A stretch of 64,000 bases of DNA, from NCBI GenBank assembly GCA_964483865.1, contig CAZADG010000003.1:2254-66253 (forward strand), read 5' to 3'. Both the position numbers and the translations under genes were made by a program. Under the pieces are notes generated by a model that was not told the origin of the DNA, ran no database searches, and saw nothing but the letters and a program-made list of their open reading frames with translations. The stretch comes from an uncultured Mycobacterium sp. Lineage in GTDB: Bacteria; Actinomycetota; Actinomycetes; Mycobacteriales; Mycobacteriaceae. Every line of letters starts with the position of its first letter. Within the stretch, counting starts at the first letter, position 1. This document shows positions 21,252-31,061 of this stretch, piece after piece.

Positions 21252-23411
21252 ATGAGCCCGCCAGCGGGAGGGGACGGCACCGGCCCTTCGAGGGCGCGGT
21301 CGTCGTTGTTGGGTGACGGCCTGGGTCTGTTCGCCGTCGTCTTCATCGCCTTCGCCGCCGGAGCGGTGCTGTCCTGGGAATCCTTCGGGTCCGCGATAGG
21401 CCCGGCGTTCTTCTACCCCCCGGCCGGGGTGACGGTGGCGGCGATGATCCTCAGCCGCCGCGCGCTGTGGCCTGCGGTCGCGGCCGCAGTTGTGGCCGGC
21501 GAGATCCTCGTCGACACTCACTTTGGCAGCCCGTGGTCGGTGGCCGCCGGATTCGCCGCGGCGAATGTGGTGGAACCCCTGATCGGGGCTTCGATCGTGT
21601 TGGCCTGGTGCGGCGGTCGGCCCGATCTGAGTGTGCGCCGGGATTTCGTCGCCTTCATCACCGGAGCGTGCGTGATCGCGCCGATGTTCGGCGGCGTGGT
21701 GGGTGGAACGGTCAGCGCGCTCGACGCCGACAAATCGTGGCCGACTTCGGTGCTCAACTGGTGGGCTGGGGATGCCCTCGGTGTGCTGGTGGTCGGCGCC
21801 CCGATTCTGCTGTGGGCCACCCAGTCCTACGCCGTGCGACGACGTCCCTGGGAGTCCTTCGGTGTTCTGGGTTTGACTGCCGCCCTGTCAGCCGCCGCGT
21901 TCTGGACCGAGGTTCCGCCGACGATGCTGATCCTGCCGGTGCTGGCCTGGGCGGCGTTGCGACTGGACATGCTGGGCGCGGCCCTGGCCGGCGCGGTGTC
22001 GGCATTCCTGGCCAATGTCATGACTCTGCACGGCAAGGGTCTGTTCAGCACCATGAATCTGTCGATGGGCGCCCGGGTGGCACTGACCCAGGTCTTCATC
22101 GCGATCATTGTGGTGGTCGCCATGCTGATCGCGCAGGAAGCCTCTGCGCGGGTGAGCGCCGTGCAGGAGCGCGAAGCCGAGCGTCGCGAGCGGATGCGGT
22201 TGGAGACGTTGTCCCGGCTGGCTGAGCAACTCGCGGGCGCGCTTACCCCCCACGACGTAGGCGAGGCGCTCAAGGACCAGGTGCTCAACGAGGCCGGTGC
22301 CCGGGCGCTGAACCTCGGCTTGGTCAGCGCCGACGGGCAGCGGCTGGAGTGGGTCACGATGTCCGGGCACCCCCAGGCGGTGGTCGACGAGTTCGGCGGC
22401 GGGGTCGCTATCGCCGAACGGACGGTCGGAACCGACGTGGTGCGATCCGGCCAGCCGATCACGGTGCACACCTCCGCGGAGTACGGGCGCAGATATCCCG
22501 AGAAGGCGCACTGGTCACGCTTGAGCGGGGCGGAGTCGACAGCGGGTTGGCCACTGACGTCGGGAGGCAAGCCGTTCGGCGTGGTGCTGCTGGTGTGGGC
22601 CGAGCCGCAGCCGTTCAACACCGCCCAGCGGGCCTACATCTCTGCTGTCGCGACCATGGTCGGACAGGCGCTGGTTCGGGCCCGGATCTATTCCGACGAA
22701 CATGCCAGGGCGGCGGTGCTGCAGTCCGCGGTGCTGCCGACCAGTCCGGTGGACACCTGCGGACTGGATGTCGCCGTCGCCTACGAGCCGGCCGACGTCG
22801 CCCACGGGCTGGGCGGCGACTGGTACGACATCATGCCGCTACCCAAGGGCCGGACCTACTTCGCTATCGGCGACGTGATTGGTCACGGGCTGCCTGCGGT
22901 GGAGGACATGGCGCAACTGCGCAGTGCGGGAAGGGCTTTGGCGCACCAGGGACTGCCGCCGGCACGGCTGCTCGCCGAACTCAACGGTTTCACCCGGCAT
23001 GCCAGTCTGGGTAAGTTCGCCACCATGGCGGTCGCCATCCTCGACCCGGACGAGAATCGGCTGTCCTACGGTTCGGCCGGGCACCCCCCGCCGTTCCTGC
23101 GCCACGCGGCCGACGGCGAGGTGGTCCGGCTGACCGAGGCCAGCGGACCGGTCCTCGGCCCCGTGCCGGAGGCCACCTACACCCAGGCCAGCGTCCTAGT
23201 CGTGCCGGGCGACATTCTGGTCATGTACACCGACGGCCTGGTGGAGCGCCACGGTATGGATATCGAGATGGGTCTGACCCGTGCTCAGCAGATGATCGCA
23301 GGCTGGGACGCCGGCGAACCGCTGTCCGGGTACTGTGAGGTGCTTCAGGAGACGCTGTCGCCGCGGCCGCGTTCCGATGACGTGTGCATTATCGCGGTGC
23401 GGTTCGGCTGA
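21252..23411 (+). CDS. MASE1-GAF-SpoIIE (PP2C) phosphatase, copy 2
   Basis: Same architecture; GGDWYD, GDVIGHG, SAGHPPP, YTDGLVE, DDVC. Confidence 0.9.
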   Translation: MSPPAGGDGTGPSRARSSLLGDGLGLFAVVFIAFAAGAVLSWESFGSAIGPAFFYPPAGVTVAAMILSRRALWPAVAAAVVAGEILVDTHFGSPWSVAAGFAAANVVEPLIGASIVLAWCGGRPDLSVRRDFVAFITGACVIAPMFGGVVGGTVSALDADKSWPTSVLNWWAGDALGVLVVGAPILLWATQSYAVRRRPWESFGVLGLTAALSAAAFWTEVPPTMLILPVLAWAALRLDMLGAALAGAVSAFLANVMTLHGKGLFSTMNLSMGARVALTQVFIAIIVVVAMLIAQEASARVSAVQEREAERRERMRLETLSRLAEQLAGALTPHDVGEALKDQVLNEAGARALNLGLVSADGQRLEWVTMSGHPQAVVDEFGGGVAIAERTVGTDVVRSGQPITVHTSAEYGRRYPEKAHWSRLSGAESTAGWPLTSGGKPFGVVLLVWAEPQPFNTAQRAYISAVATMVGQALVRARIYSDEHARAAVLQSAVLPTSPVDTCGLDVAVAYEPADVAHGLGGDWYDIMPLPKGRTYFAIGDVIGHGLPAVEDMAQLRSAGRALAHQGLPPARLLAELNGFTRHASLGKFATMAVAILDPDENRLSYGSAGHPPPFLRHAADGEVVRLTEASGPVLGPVPEATYTQASVLVVPGDILVMYTDGLVERHGMDIEMGLTRAQQMIAGWDAGEPLSGYCEVLQETLSPRPRSDDVCIIAVRFG

Positions 23412-23417
23412 CGCCCG

Positions 23418-24200
23418 TTACGAGCGCGCGAACGTTCGCAGCCAGTCCAGCCAAGCGCCCATACCTTCGCCGGTGCGGGCGCTGACCGGAAGGATTGTCG
23501 CGTTCGGATTGACGTCCCGGACCCGCGCGGCGTAGGTGTCGACGTCGGCGTCCAGATATGGCACCAGATCGATCTTGTTGAGCAACACCACGTCCACTGA
23601 GCGGAACATCACCGGATACTTCAGCGGCTTGTCCTCGCCCTCGGTCACCGAGTACACCATCGCCTTGGCGTGCTCGCCGACGTCGAACTCTGCCGGGCAC
23701 ACCAGGTTCCCGACGTTCTCGATGATCACCAGATCCAGCTTGGGCAGTTCCAGCCCGTGGAGCGCCCGATGCACCATCGGGGCATCGAGGTGGCATTCCC
23801 CGCCGAAGCCGTTGTTGGTGTTCAGCAGTGAGATCTGCGCGCCGCGGCCGTCGAGTTTGGCTGCGTCGAGGTCGGTGGCGATATCTCCCTCGACGATACC
23901 GACGGCGAATTCGCCGGCCAGTGCGTCCAGCGTTGCCGCCAGGATGGTGGTCTTGCCCGAACCGGGTGAGCTCATCAGATTCAGCGCGCGAATGCCGTTG
24001 CTCTCGAACGCTTCCCGGTTAACCGCCGCGCGATTGTCGTTCTCGGCGAAGATCGCCTCGAGTACCTCGATGCGCTCTGTGCCGGTGGCATAGCCGCTGT
24101 GGTCACCGTGCTCATGCTCATGCTCATGCTCGTGCTCATGCGAGTGGTCATGATCGTGGCTGTGCACGGTGCCGTCGTCGTGGCGGTGGAATCGACCCAT
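23418..24200 (-). CDS. hypB: Hydrogenase nickel incorporation GTPase HypB
   Basis: His-rich N-terminus, SSPGSGKT, ECHLDA, ENVGNLVCPAEFD, EGEDKPLKYP, NKID. Confidence 0.96.
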   Translation of the reverse strand: MGRFHRHDDGTVHSHDHDHSHEHEHEHEHEHGDHSGYATGTERIEVLEAIFAENDNRAAVNREAFESNGIRALNLMSSPGSGKTTILAATLDALAGEFAVGIVEGDIATDLDAAKLDGRGAQISLLNTNNGFGGECHLDAPMVHRALHGLELPKLDLVIIENVGNLVCPAEFDVGEHAKAMVYSVTEGEDKPLKYPVMFRSVDVVLLNKIDLVPYLDADVDTYAARVRDVNPNATILPVSARTGEGMGAWLDWLRTFARS

Positions 24201-24213
24201 GACAAACCTCTCT

Positions 24214-24549
24214 CTAAGTGACGTCGACTGAAGTCACCAGGAACTCCTCGCCCCGGACGACCGTGACGTCGGGGCTCTCGCACAGCGGGCAGAACACCGA
24301 CCACCGCGATTCGATCACCGACCGGCGGCCGCAACCCCGGCACTCCACTTCGGCGGCGACGAGTTCCAATTCCAACTCCGCGTCCGGCATGTCCGCATGG
24401 TCGCGGACCAAGGTCCAGCAGAACGACAACGTCTCCGGGACCACTTGGCGCAGCGCTCCGACCTGAACCCGCACGACATCGACGCGACGGCCGGCGGCGT
24501 GGGGTTTCACCACCCCGGCGATCGCCTGGCAGAGCGACAGTTCGTGCAT
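24214..24549 (-). CDS. hypA: Hydrogenase maturation nickel metallochaperone HypA
   Basis: MHELS start, CxxC...CPxC, GEEFLV. Confidence 0.95.
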   Translation of the reverse strand: MHELSLCQAIAGVVKPHAAGRRVDVVRVQVGALRQVVPETLSFCWTLVRDHADMPDAELELELVAAEVECRGCGRRSVIESRWSVFCPLCESPDVTVVRGEEFLVTSVDVT

Positions 24550-24579
24550 CAAAACAACCCTACGACTAGCGTGTTCGGC

Positions 24580-26865
24580 GTGACGGTGCGGGTACACCTC
24601 GACATCACCGGTGTGGTTCAGGGAGTCGGCTTCCGTCCCGCCGTCGCCCGCATCGCCGCGGAGTTCGGGCTCGGCGGCTGGGTCTACAACGACGCCGGTT
24701 CGGTGCACTGCGAATTCGAGGGGCCCCGGGACGACGTCGACGCGGCGGTGGCCGCCCTGCGGGACCGGCCACCGCCGATGGCGCGGATCGACGCACTGAC
24801 CGCCGCCCCCGTCGATCCCTGCGGCGACACCGGGTTCGTGATCGTCGAAAGCCGGGCCGGCGATCACTCCCGCACGCTGGTCCCCCCCGACATCGCCGCC
24901 TGCTCGGATTGCCTGCGCGAGATGCGCGACCCGGCCGACCGGCGCTACCGGCACCCGTTCATCACCTGCACCAACTGCGGACCCCGCTACACCGTCATCA
25001 CCGACCTGCCCTACGACCGGCCGGCCACCACCATGGCCAACTTTCCGATGTGCGATGCCTGCGCGGCTGAGTACCACGACCCGGCCGACCGTCGCTTCCA
25101 CGCCCAGACCATCGCCTGCCCCGATTGCGGGCCAACGTTGTCGGGATCATGTGCCGATATCGCTGAGGTGCTGAAGTCGGGGAGGGTCGTCGCCATCAAA
25201 GGAATCGGTGGCTTCCATCTGGCCTGCCGCGCCGACGACGCCGCAGTGGTGAACCTGCTGCGGCAGCGAAAGAATCGGCCGGCCAAGCCATTTGCGGTGA
25301 TGGTCGCCGACCTCGACGCCGCCCGTCGCGTCGCCGATATCAGCGATGCCGCCGCCGCCGTGCTGGCCTCTCCGTCCGCACCGATCGTCCTGGTGCCCCG
25401 ACTAGGCGGGGCCATCAGCGACGCAGTGGCGCCCGGCCTGGCAGACCTCGGGGTGATGCTGGCCTACTCGCCGGTGCATCACCTGCTCTTCGATGCACTG
25501 GGACCCATACCGCTGGTGATGACCTCGGCGAACCAGGGCGGTTCGCCGATCGTCTTCCGTGACGAAGACCTGGACTGGATCGACGGGTTGGCCGACGCCG
25601 TCCTCACCCACGATCGACCGATCCACGTACCCTGCGAGGACTCCGTCGTCACGCTCGACGATCAGGGCGACGAACTGCCGTTGCGGCGATCACGGGGATA
25701 CGCCCCGCTTCCGGTCGCGGTGCCGGGAGCACCCGGAGGATTCGACGTGCCGGTGGTGCTGGCCACCGGAGGGGACCTGAAGACCACGTTCTGTCTGATG
25801 GGTTCGGACGGCCACGCGCACCTGTCATCTCACCTCGGCGACATGGCCGACCCGCGCACCCAGACGTGTTTCGAGGCCGCCCTGGAGCATCTGGCCTTCA
25901 TGACCGACCGCCGACCCGAACTCATCGCCTGCGATATGCACCCCCGCTATGCGACCACTGCATGGGCGCGCCGCGCCGCCGCGGGGAGGCCGGTGACCGC
26001 GGTACAGCACCATCACGCCCACGCCGTCGCACTGCTGGCCGACAACCAGCGCCTGGGCACCCCGATCGTCGCCGTCGCCTACGACGGCACCGGTTACGGC
26101 AGCGACGGCACCATCTGGGGTGGGGAACTGCTGGCCATCACCGATCCGGCGGAGTTCAGCCGGGCCGGGCACCTGGTGCCGTTCGCGCTGCCCGGCGGCG
26201 ACGGCGCTGTCCGCCAACCCGCCCGCATCGCCTTGGATCTGCTCACCCGGGCGGGCCTGGACTGGACGCCCGACCTGCCGCCGGTGGCTGCAGTCGGGCA
26301 GGCGGCGCTGCACGTGCTGCGCCAGCAGATCCCACGGGGGGTGGGATGCGTACCCACCTCCAGCATGGGGCGACTATTCGACGCCGTCGCCAGCCTGATC
26401 GGGGTCTGCCAGCAGGTCAGCTATGAAGGGCAGGCGGCGATCGAACTCGAACACCTGGCTCGCCGCGGCAAGCCGGTAGACCTGCACTTCGACGTCACCG
26501 AGGGTCTGCTCGATCCGGCGCCGCTCATCGAGGGCCTGGTGACGGGGTTGCGGGACGGTGCCGCCCCCGCGGATCTGGCCGCGGGTTTCCACCGAGCGGT
26601 CATTTCGGCAACCGCCCGGGCGGCGCGGCACTGCGCCGATACCGCCGGTATCCGGACGGTCGGCCTGACCGGCGGGGTGTTCGCCAATCGCATACTGGCG
26701 CAGGGTCTTCGGAAATCTCTGACCAGAAGCGGCTACGAGGTGCTGACGCACCGTATCGTTCCTTGTAATGACGGCGGTTTGGCGCTGGGTCAGGCCACCA
26801 TCGCCGCCGCGAAGTGGGCACAAGAAAGGACGCGCATATGTGCCTCGGAATCCCCGGCAAGGTGA
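24580..26865 (+). CDS. hypF: Carbamoyltransferase HypF
   Basis: GVVQGVGFRP, two CxxC-x18-CxxC zinc fingers, KGIGGFHL, QHHHAH, SSMGRLFDA, NDGGLALGQ. Confidence 0.96.
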   Translation: MTVRVHLDITGVVQGVGFRPAVARIAAEFGLGGWVYNDAGSVHCEFEGPRDDVDAAVAALRDRPPPMARIDALTAAPVDPCGDTGFVIVESRAGDHSRTLVPPDIAACSDCLREMRDPADRRYRHPFITCTNCGPRYTVITDLPYDRPATTMANFPMCDACAAEYHDPADRRFHAQTIACPDCGPTLSGSCADIAEVLKSGRVVAIKGIGGFHLACRADDAAVVNLLRQRKNRPAKPFAVMVADLDAARRVADISDAAAAVLASPSAPIVLVPRLGGAISDAVAPGLADLGVMLAYSPVHHLLFDALGPIPLVMTSANQGGSPIVFRDEDLDWIDGLADAVLTHDRPIHVPCEDSVVTLDDQGDELPLRRSRGYAPLPVAVPGAPGGFDVPVVLATGGDLKTTFCLMGSDGHAHLSSHLGDMADPRTQTCFEAALEHLAFMTDRRPELIACDMHPRYATTAWARRAAAGRPVTAVQHHHAHAVALLADNQRLGTPIVAVAYDGTGYGSDGTIWGGELLAITDPAEFSRAGHLVPFALPGGDGAVRQPARIALDLLTRAGLDWTPDLPPVAAVGQAALHVLRQQIPRGVGCVPTSSMGRLFDAVASLIGVCQQVSYEGQAAIELEHLARRGKPVDLHFDVTEGLLDPAPLIEGLVTGLRDGAAPADLAAGFHRAVISATARAARHCADTAGIRTVGLTGGVFANRILAQGLRKSLTRSGYEVLTHRIVPCNDGGLALGQATIAAAKWAQERTRICASESPAR

Positions 26866-27116
26866 TCGAGATCTGGGAGGAGTCGGGCACCCGGATGTCG
26901 AGCGTCGACTTCGGCGGCACCACCAAGACCGTCTGCCTCGCCTACCTACCCGACATGGAGATCGGCGAGTACACCATCGTGCATGCCGGATTCGCCATCA
27001 CCCGCCTTGATGAGGCTTCGGCCAACGAGACCCTTCAGATGTTCGCCGACCTCGGCATCTTGGAAGAGGAGTTGGGCGGGGCGGTGGAGGAACTGCCGCG
27101 TCAGGAGTCAGCGTGA
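26838..27116 (+). CDS. hypC: Hydrogenase assembly chaperone HypC
   Basis: MCLGIPG start, VHAGFAI; GAAAGGA RBS. Confidence 0.96.
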   Translation: MCLGIPGKVIEIWEESGTRMSSVDFGGTTKTVCLAYLPDMEIGEYTIVHAGFAITRLDEASANETLQMFADLGILEEELGGAVEELPRQESA

Positions 27117-28210
27117 AGTACCTCGACGAGTTCCGGGATCCGGCCGCCGCCAAGGCACTGGTCGAGAACATCCGGCGCACCGCCACCCGCAGTTGGACCA
27201 TCATGGAAGTCTGCGGTGGACAGACCCACTCCATTATTCGCAACGGTATCGACCAACTCCTCGACGGCTCGGTGGAATTCATCCACGGCCCCGGCTGCCC
27301 GGTGTGCGTCACGCCGCTGGAGATGATCGACCGAGCGCTGGAGATCGCCGCCCGCGACGACGTCATCTTCTGCTCGTTCGGCGACATGTTGCGCGTGCCG
27401 GGGTCGAGTCAGGATCTGTTCGGCGTGCGGGCCCGCGGCGGCGATGTCCGGATCGTCTATTCGCCGTTGGACGCCACCCGCATCGCGGCGGACAACCCGG
27501 ACAAGCAGGTGGTGTTCTTCGGTGTCGGGTTCGAGACCACCGCACCGGCCAACGCCATGTCGGTGCTGCATGCCCAGCGCCTCGGGCTGACCAATTTCTC
27601 CGTGCTGGTCTCCCACGTGCTGGTGCCGCCGGCGATGGAGGCCATCCTCAGCTCGCCCACCAACCGGGTGCAGAGCTTCCTGGCAGCCGGCCACGTCTGC
27701 ACCGTGATGGGCACCGGCGAGTACGGCCCGCTGGTGGCGAAGTACAACGTCCCGATCGTGGTTACCGGGTTCGAGCCGCTGGATCTGCTCGAGGGGGTCC
27801 GACAGTCGGTGGAGTTGCTGGAGTCGGGTCGGGCCGAACTGCGCAACGCCTACCCGCGGGCGGTCACCGCGGCCGGCAACACCGTCGCCCAGCAGGCGCT
27901 GTCGGATGTCTTCGTCGTCACTGACCGGCAGTGGCGCGGTATCGGGATGATTCCCAAGTCTGGTTGGACGCTGTCGCCGCGCTACGCGGAGTTCGACGCC
28001 GAGCGCAAGTTCGGCGTGGGGCAGTTGACGGTGGCCGAGTCCGACCTGTGCCATGCCGGTGAGGTGCTGCAGGGGCTGATCAAGCCCAATGAGTGCCCGG
28101 CCTTCGGTACCGCCTGCACGCCGCGAACTCCGCTGGGCGCCACCATGGTTTCCAGTGAGGGAGCCTGCGCGGCGTACTACCAGTTCCGGCGACTGGCTAC
28201 GAGTGCCTGA
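27113..28210 (+). CDS. hypD: Hydrogenase formation protein HypD
   Basis: [43 protein letters not shown]. Confidence 0.97.
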   Translation: MKYLDEFRDPAAAKALVENIRRTATRSWTIMEVCGGQTHSIIRNGIDQLLDGSVEFIHGPGCPVCVTPLEMIDRALEIAARDDVIFCSFGDMLRVPGSSQDLFGVRARGGDVRIVYSPLDATRIAADNPDKQVVFFGVGFETTAPANAMSVLHAQRLGLTNFSVLVSHVLVPPAMEAILSSPTNRVQSFLAAGHVCTVMGTGEYGPLVAKYNVPIVVTGFEPLDLLEGVRQSVELLESGRAELRNAYPRAVTAAGNTVAQQALSDVFVVTDRQWRGIGMIPKSGWTLSPRYAEFDAERKFGVGQLTVAESDLCHAGEVLQGLIKPNECPAFGTACTPRTPLGATMVSSEGACAAYYQFRRLATSA

Positions 28211-29324
28211 GTCCGTTCCGGCGGGCAGGAGCGAAGCGAGCCGGGAATCGACACAGCTACCGGACCCCTCCAACTGGGTCTGCCCGCTGCCTCTGCGTGA
28301 AACCAAGCGGATCGTCATGGGTCATGGCGGCGGGGGCATCCTGTCCGAGGAACTGATCGAGAACCTCTTTCTGCCGGCGTTCGGTTCCGGCGGCGGGCCT
28401 TCTCGGGACTCTGCCGTCCTGCCCAACCCTGGTGGCCGCATCGCCCTGACCACCGACTCCTACGTCGTCAACCCGTTGTTCTTCCCCGGCGGCACTATCG
28501 GCGATCTCGCTGTCAACGGCACCATCAATGACCTGGCCTGCAGCGGCGCCCAACCACTGGGCCTGACCGCCGGGTTCATCCTGGAGGAGGGTCTGGAGGT
28601 CGAGGTGCTCGGCGCAGTGGCCCACAGCATGGGCAAGGCGGCCGCTGACGCCGGGGTGGGCATCCTTACCGGCGACACCAAGGTGGTCGGAAGGGGCGGC
28701 GCGGACGGGCTTTTCATCAACACCGCCGGGGTCGGCGTGGTGCCCGAGGGGTTGCGGATCGGTCCTGAGCAGGCCCGGCCCGGCGACCACATCATTGTCT
28801 CGGGAAACATCGGCGAGCACGGCGTTGCCATCATGAGCGTCCGTGAGGGCATCGACTTCGGCACCACGGTCACCACCGACAGCGCGCCCCTGCACAGGCT
28901 GGTGGCGGCCATGCTGGGCGCCCTGGAGAACGCGGGCGAGGATCCGAATCACATTCATGCCCTTCGGGATCCGACCCGCGGTGGCCTGGTGGCCGCGACC
29001 GTCGAGATCGCCCGTACCGCCGGCGTCGGTGTCGAACTCGACGAGCACGCCGTCCCGATCCCCGAGACTGTCGCTTCGGCCTGCGGATTCCTTGGTCTGG
29101 ACCCGATGCAGGTGGCCAACGAGGGCAAGATGGTGGCCTTCGTCGACCCCGCCCACAGCGAGGCAGTGCTGGCCGCCATGCGGGCCCGCCCGGAAGGCGC
29201 CAACGCCACGATCATCGGTCGGGCCGTCGAGCAGCATCCTGGCATGGTGGTGGTTCGCACCGCGTTCGGAACCACCCGGGTGGTGGAACGCGAACTGGGC
29301 GAACAACTTCCGCGGATCTGCTGA
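28203..29324 (+). CDS. hypE: Carbamoyl dehydratase HypE
   Basis: GHGGGG, TTDSYVV, GDTKVV, RDPTRGG, ANEGK, terminal PRIC. Confidence 0.96.
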   Translation: MPESVPAGRSEASRESTQLPDPSNWVCPLPLRETKRIVMGHGGGGILSEELIENLFLPAFGSGGGPSRDSAVLPNPGGRIALTTDSYVVNPLFFPGGTIGDLAVNGTINDLACSGAQPLGLTAGFILEEGLEVEVLGAVAHSMGKAAADAGVGILTGDTKVVGRGGADGLFINTAGVGVVPEGLRIGPEQARPGDHIIVSGNIGEHGVAIMSVREGIDFGTTVTTDSAPLHRLVAAMLGALENAGEDPNHIHALRDPTRGGLVAATVEIARTAGVGVELDEHAVPIPETVASACGFLGLDPMQVANEGKMVAFVDPAHSEAVLAAMRARPEGANATIIGRAVEQHPGMVVVRTAFGTTRVVERELGEQLPRIC

Positions 29325-29335
29325 GCTGGCTACGC

Positions 29336-30412
29336 TTGATGCCTGAGCCGATGGTGCCCGGGATCACCGGGACACTGGACGATACGGCTGTCGATGCTCT
29401 GACCGCCTGGGTGCGCGACCAAGGCCTGGGAACCGACGTCACCGACGTGGTGCCACTGGCCGGCGGATCCCAGAACGTCGTCGTGCGACTCCGTATCGAC
29501 GGACGGCGACTGGTGCTTCGACGTCCGCCGCCCCACCCGCGGCCCAACAGCGACCGGACCATGCAGCGTGAGATCGCCGTATTGACCACGCTGGCCGGCA
29601 GTTCGGTGCCCCATCCGCAGATCGTCGCGGCCTGCGAGGACCTCGACGTCCTCGGCGTCGTCTTCTACCTGATGGAAGAAGTCGACGGCTTTAACCCGGG
29701 CAACGAGATCACCGCGGCATACGTGGACAGGCCGGCGATGCGCCACCAGGTCGGTGTGAACTACGCCGCCGACGTCGCCCGCCTCGGGCAGGCAGACTGG
29801 CAGGGCAGTCCCCTGGAAGCCTGGAAGCGCCCCGGGTCGTTCCTGGAACGCCAAGTGCCGCAATGGCGCACCTCGGTGGCCGCCTACCGCTCCCAGGACG
29901 GCTACGACCACGACTCGTTACCCGGAGTCGACGAACTGTGCGACTGGCTCGAGGCGCACAGGCCCGCGGACTACGTGCCGGGCATCGTGCACGGCGACAT
30001 CCACCTCAACAACACGATGCTGCGCCGCGAGGCGGCCGAGGTGGCCGCATTCGTCGACTGGGAGATGTGCACCATCGGCGACCCGCTGCTGGACCTCGGC
30101 TGGATGCTGGTGTGTTGGCCGGTCGACCCTAACCCGCTCGGATCAGCCGGATATCTCGCCGAACTGGGTGGGCTGGCCTCCCGCGCTGAGCTTCTGCAGG
30201 CCTACCAGGAGGCCGGGGGCCGTCGCACCGAACACCTGGACTGGTACCTCGCGCTGGCCTGCCTCAAGCTCGGCGTCGTCATCGAGGGGACTTGGGCGCG
30301 CTACCTGGCCGGCCGGGCGAGCCGGGAGGCGGGGGAGCGGTTGCACTCATCGGCGGTCACCCTGATGGGCCTTGGCCGCGCAGTGGCCCTCGGCGACAAC
30401 CCGTTTCGCTGA
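29336..30412 (+). CDS. Phosphotransferase (APH-like) family protein
   Basis: VLRRPP, HGDIHLNN, DWEMCTIGDPLLDLG. Confidence 0.88.
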   Translation: MMPEPMVPGITGTLDDTAVDALTAWVRDQGLGTDVTDVVPLAGGSQNVVVRLRIDGRRLVLRRPPPHPRPNSDRTMQREIAVLTTLAGSSVPHPQIVAACEDLDVLGVVFYLMEEVDGFNPGNEITAAYVDRPAMRHQVGVNYAADVARLGQADWQGSPLEAWKRPGSFLERQVPQWRTSVAAYRSQDGYDHDSLPGVDELCDWLEAHRPADYVPGIVHGDIHLNNTMLRREAAEVAAFVDWEMCTIGDPLLDLGWMLVCWPVDPNPLGSAGYLAELGGLASRAELLQAYQEAGGRRTEHLDWYLALACLKLGVVIEGTWARYLAGRASREAGERLHSSAVTLMGLGRAVALGDNPFR

Positions 30413-30425
30413 TCCCAGGAAGGAC

Positions 30426-30551
30426 TCAGCGCTGTGTGGTGCAGGTGCACTGCTGGTTCTTGGGGACCTCGCTCATAACCTGCTCGGCATGCTGGCCGCA
30501 GCCGTCCCAGGTGGTCTTGTGGCAGCGCGGGCACTGAACTGGGTAGCACAT
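30426..30551 (-). CDS. 41-aa Cys-rich microprotein
   Basis: MCYPVQCPRCHKTTWDGCGQHAEQVMSEVPKNQQCTCTTQR; AAGGAGAG RBS; follows the thioredoxin gene. Confidence 0.75.
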   Translation of the reverse strand: MCYPVQCPRCHKTTWDGCGQHAEQVMSEVPKNQQCTCTTQR

Positions 30552-30576
30552 GATCTCTCTCCTTCGATTGCTCTGA

Positions 30577-30951
30577 TTATGCGTTGGTCGCTTTGGCCCG
30601 AGTGGCAATCTCGGCGCGAATCTCGTTCATGTCGAGTCCCTTGATCTTGGTGATCAACTCTTCCAGTGCCGGGGCAGGCAGGGCGCCCGGTTGGGCGAAC
30701 AGCAGGATCCCGTCGCGGAAGGCCATGATCGTCGGGATCGACCGGATCTGCAGTGCGGCGGCGAGTTGCTGTTCGACTTCGGTGTTCACCTTCGCGTGAA
30801 CCACATCGGGGTGGGACGCCGCCGATTTGTCGAACACCGGGGCGAAAGCGCGGCACGGGCCGCACCAGGAGGCCCAGAAGTCGACGAGCACGATGGGCTT
30901 GTCGGTCACGGTGGATTCGAAGTCGGCTGCGGTCAGTTCAACGGTGGCCAT
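30577..30951 (-). CDS. Thioredoxin
   Basis: VDFWASWCGPC, IRSIPT, QPGALP; AAGGA RBS. Confidence 0.95.
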   Translation of the reverse strand: MATVELTAADFESTVTDKPIVLVDFWASWCGPCRAFAPVFDKSAASHPDVVHAKVNTEVEQQLAAALQIRSIPTIMAFRDGILLFAQPGALPAPALEELITKIKGLDMNEIRAEIATRAKATNA

Positions 30952-30992
30952 GGAACGTCCTTTCGTCGGGGCGGTCAGTCACCCCGTTCAAG

Positions 30993-31040
30993 TACCCCTG
31001 GGGGTATCACTATTCCTGTGTTACTATACCCCCAGAGGTA
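30993..31040. promoter_or_regulatory. Two CsoR/RcnR-family operator sites
   Basis: TACCC-CTGG-GGGTA (30993-31006) and TACCC-CCAG-AGGTA (31027-31040) in the divergent trx/rhodanese gap. Confidence 0.75.
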
Positions 31041-31061
31041 TCAAGAGAGGAGCTGAGTCCA

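Noticed and set aside
29336-30412. Aminoglycoside resistance kinase
   Set aside because: Length and motifs (VLRRPP, DWEM.TIGDPL.DLG) fit the widespread ACAD-associated phosphotransferase group; nothing supports antibiotic specificity.
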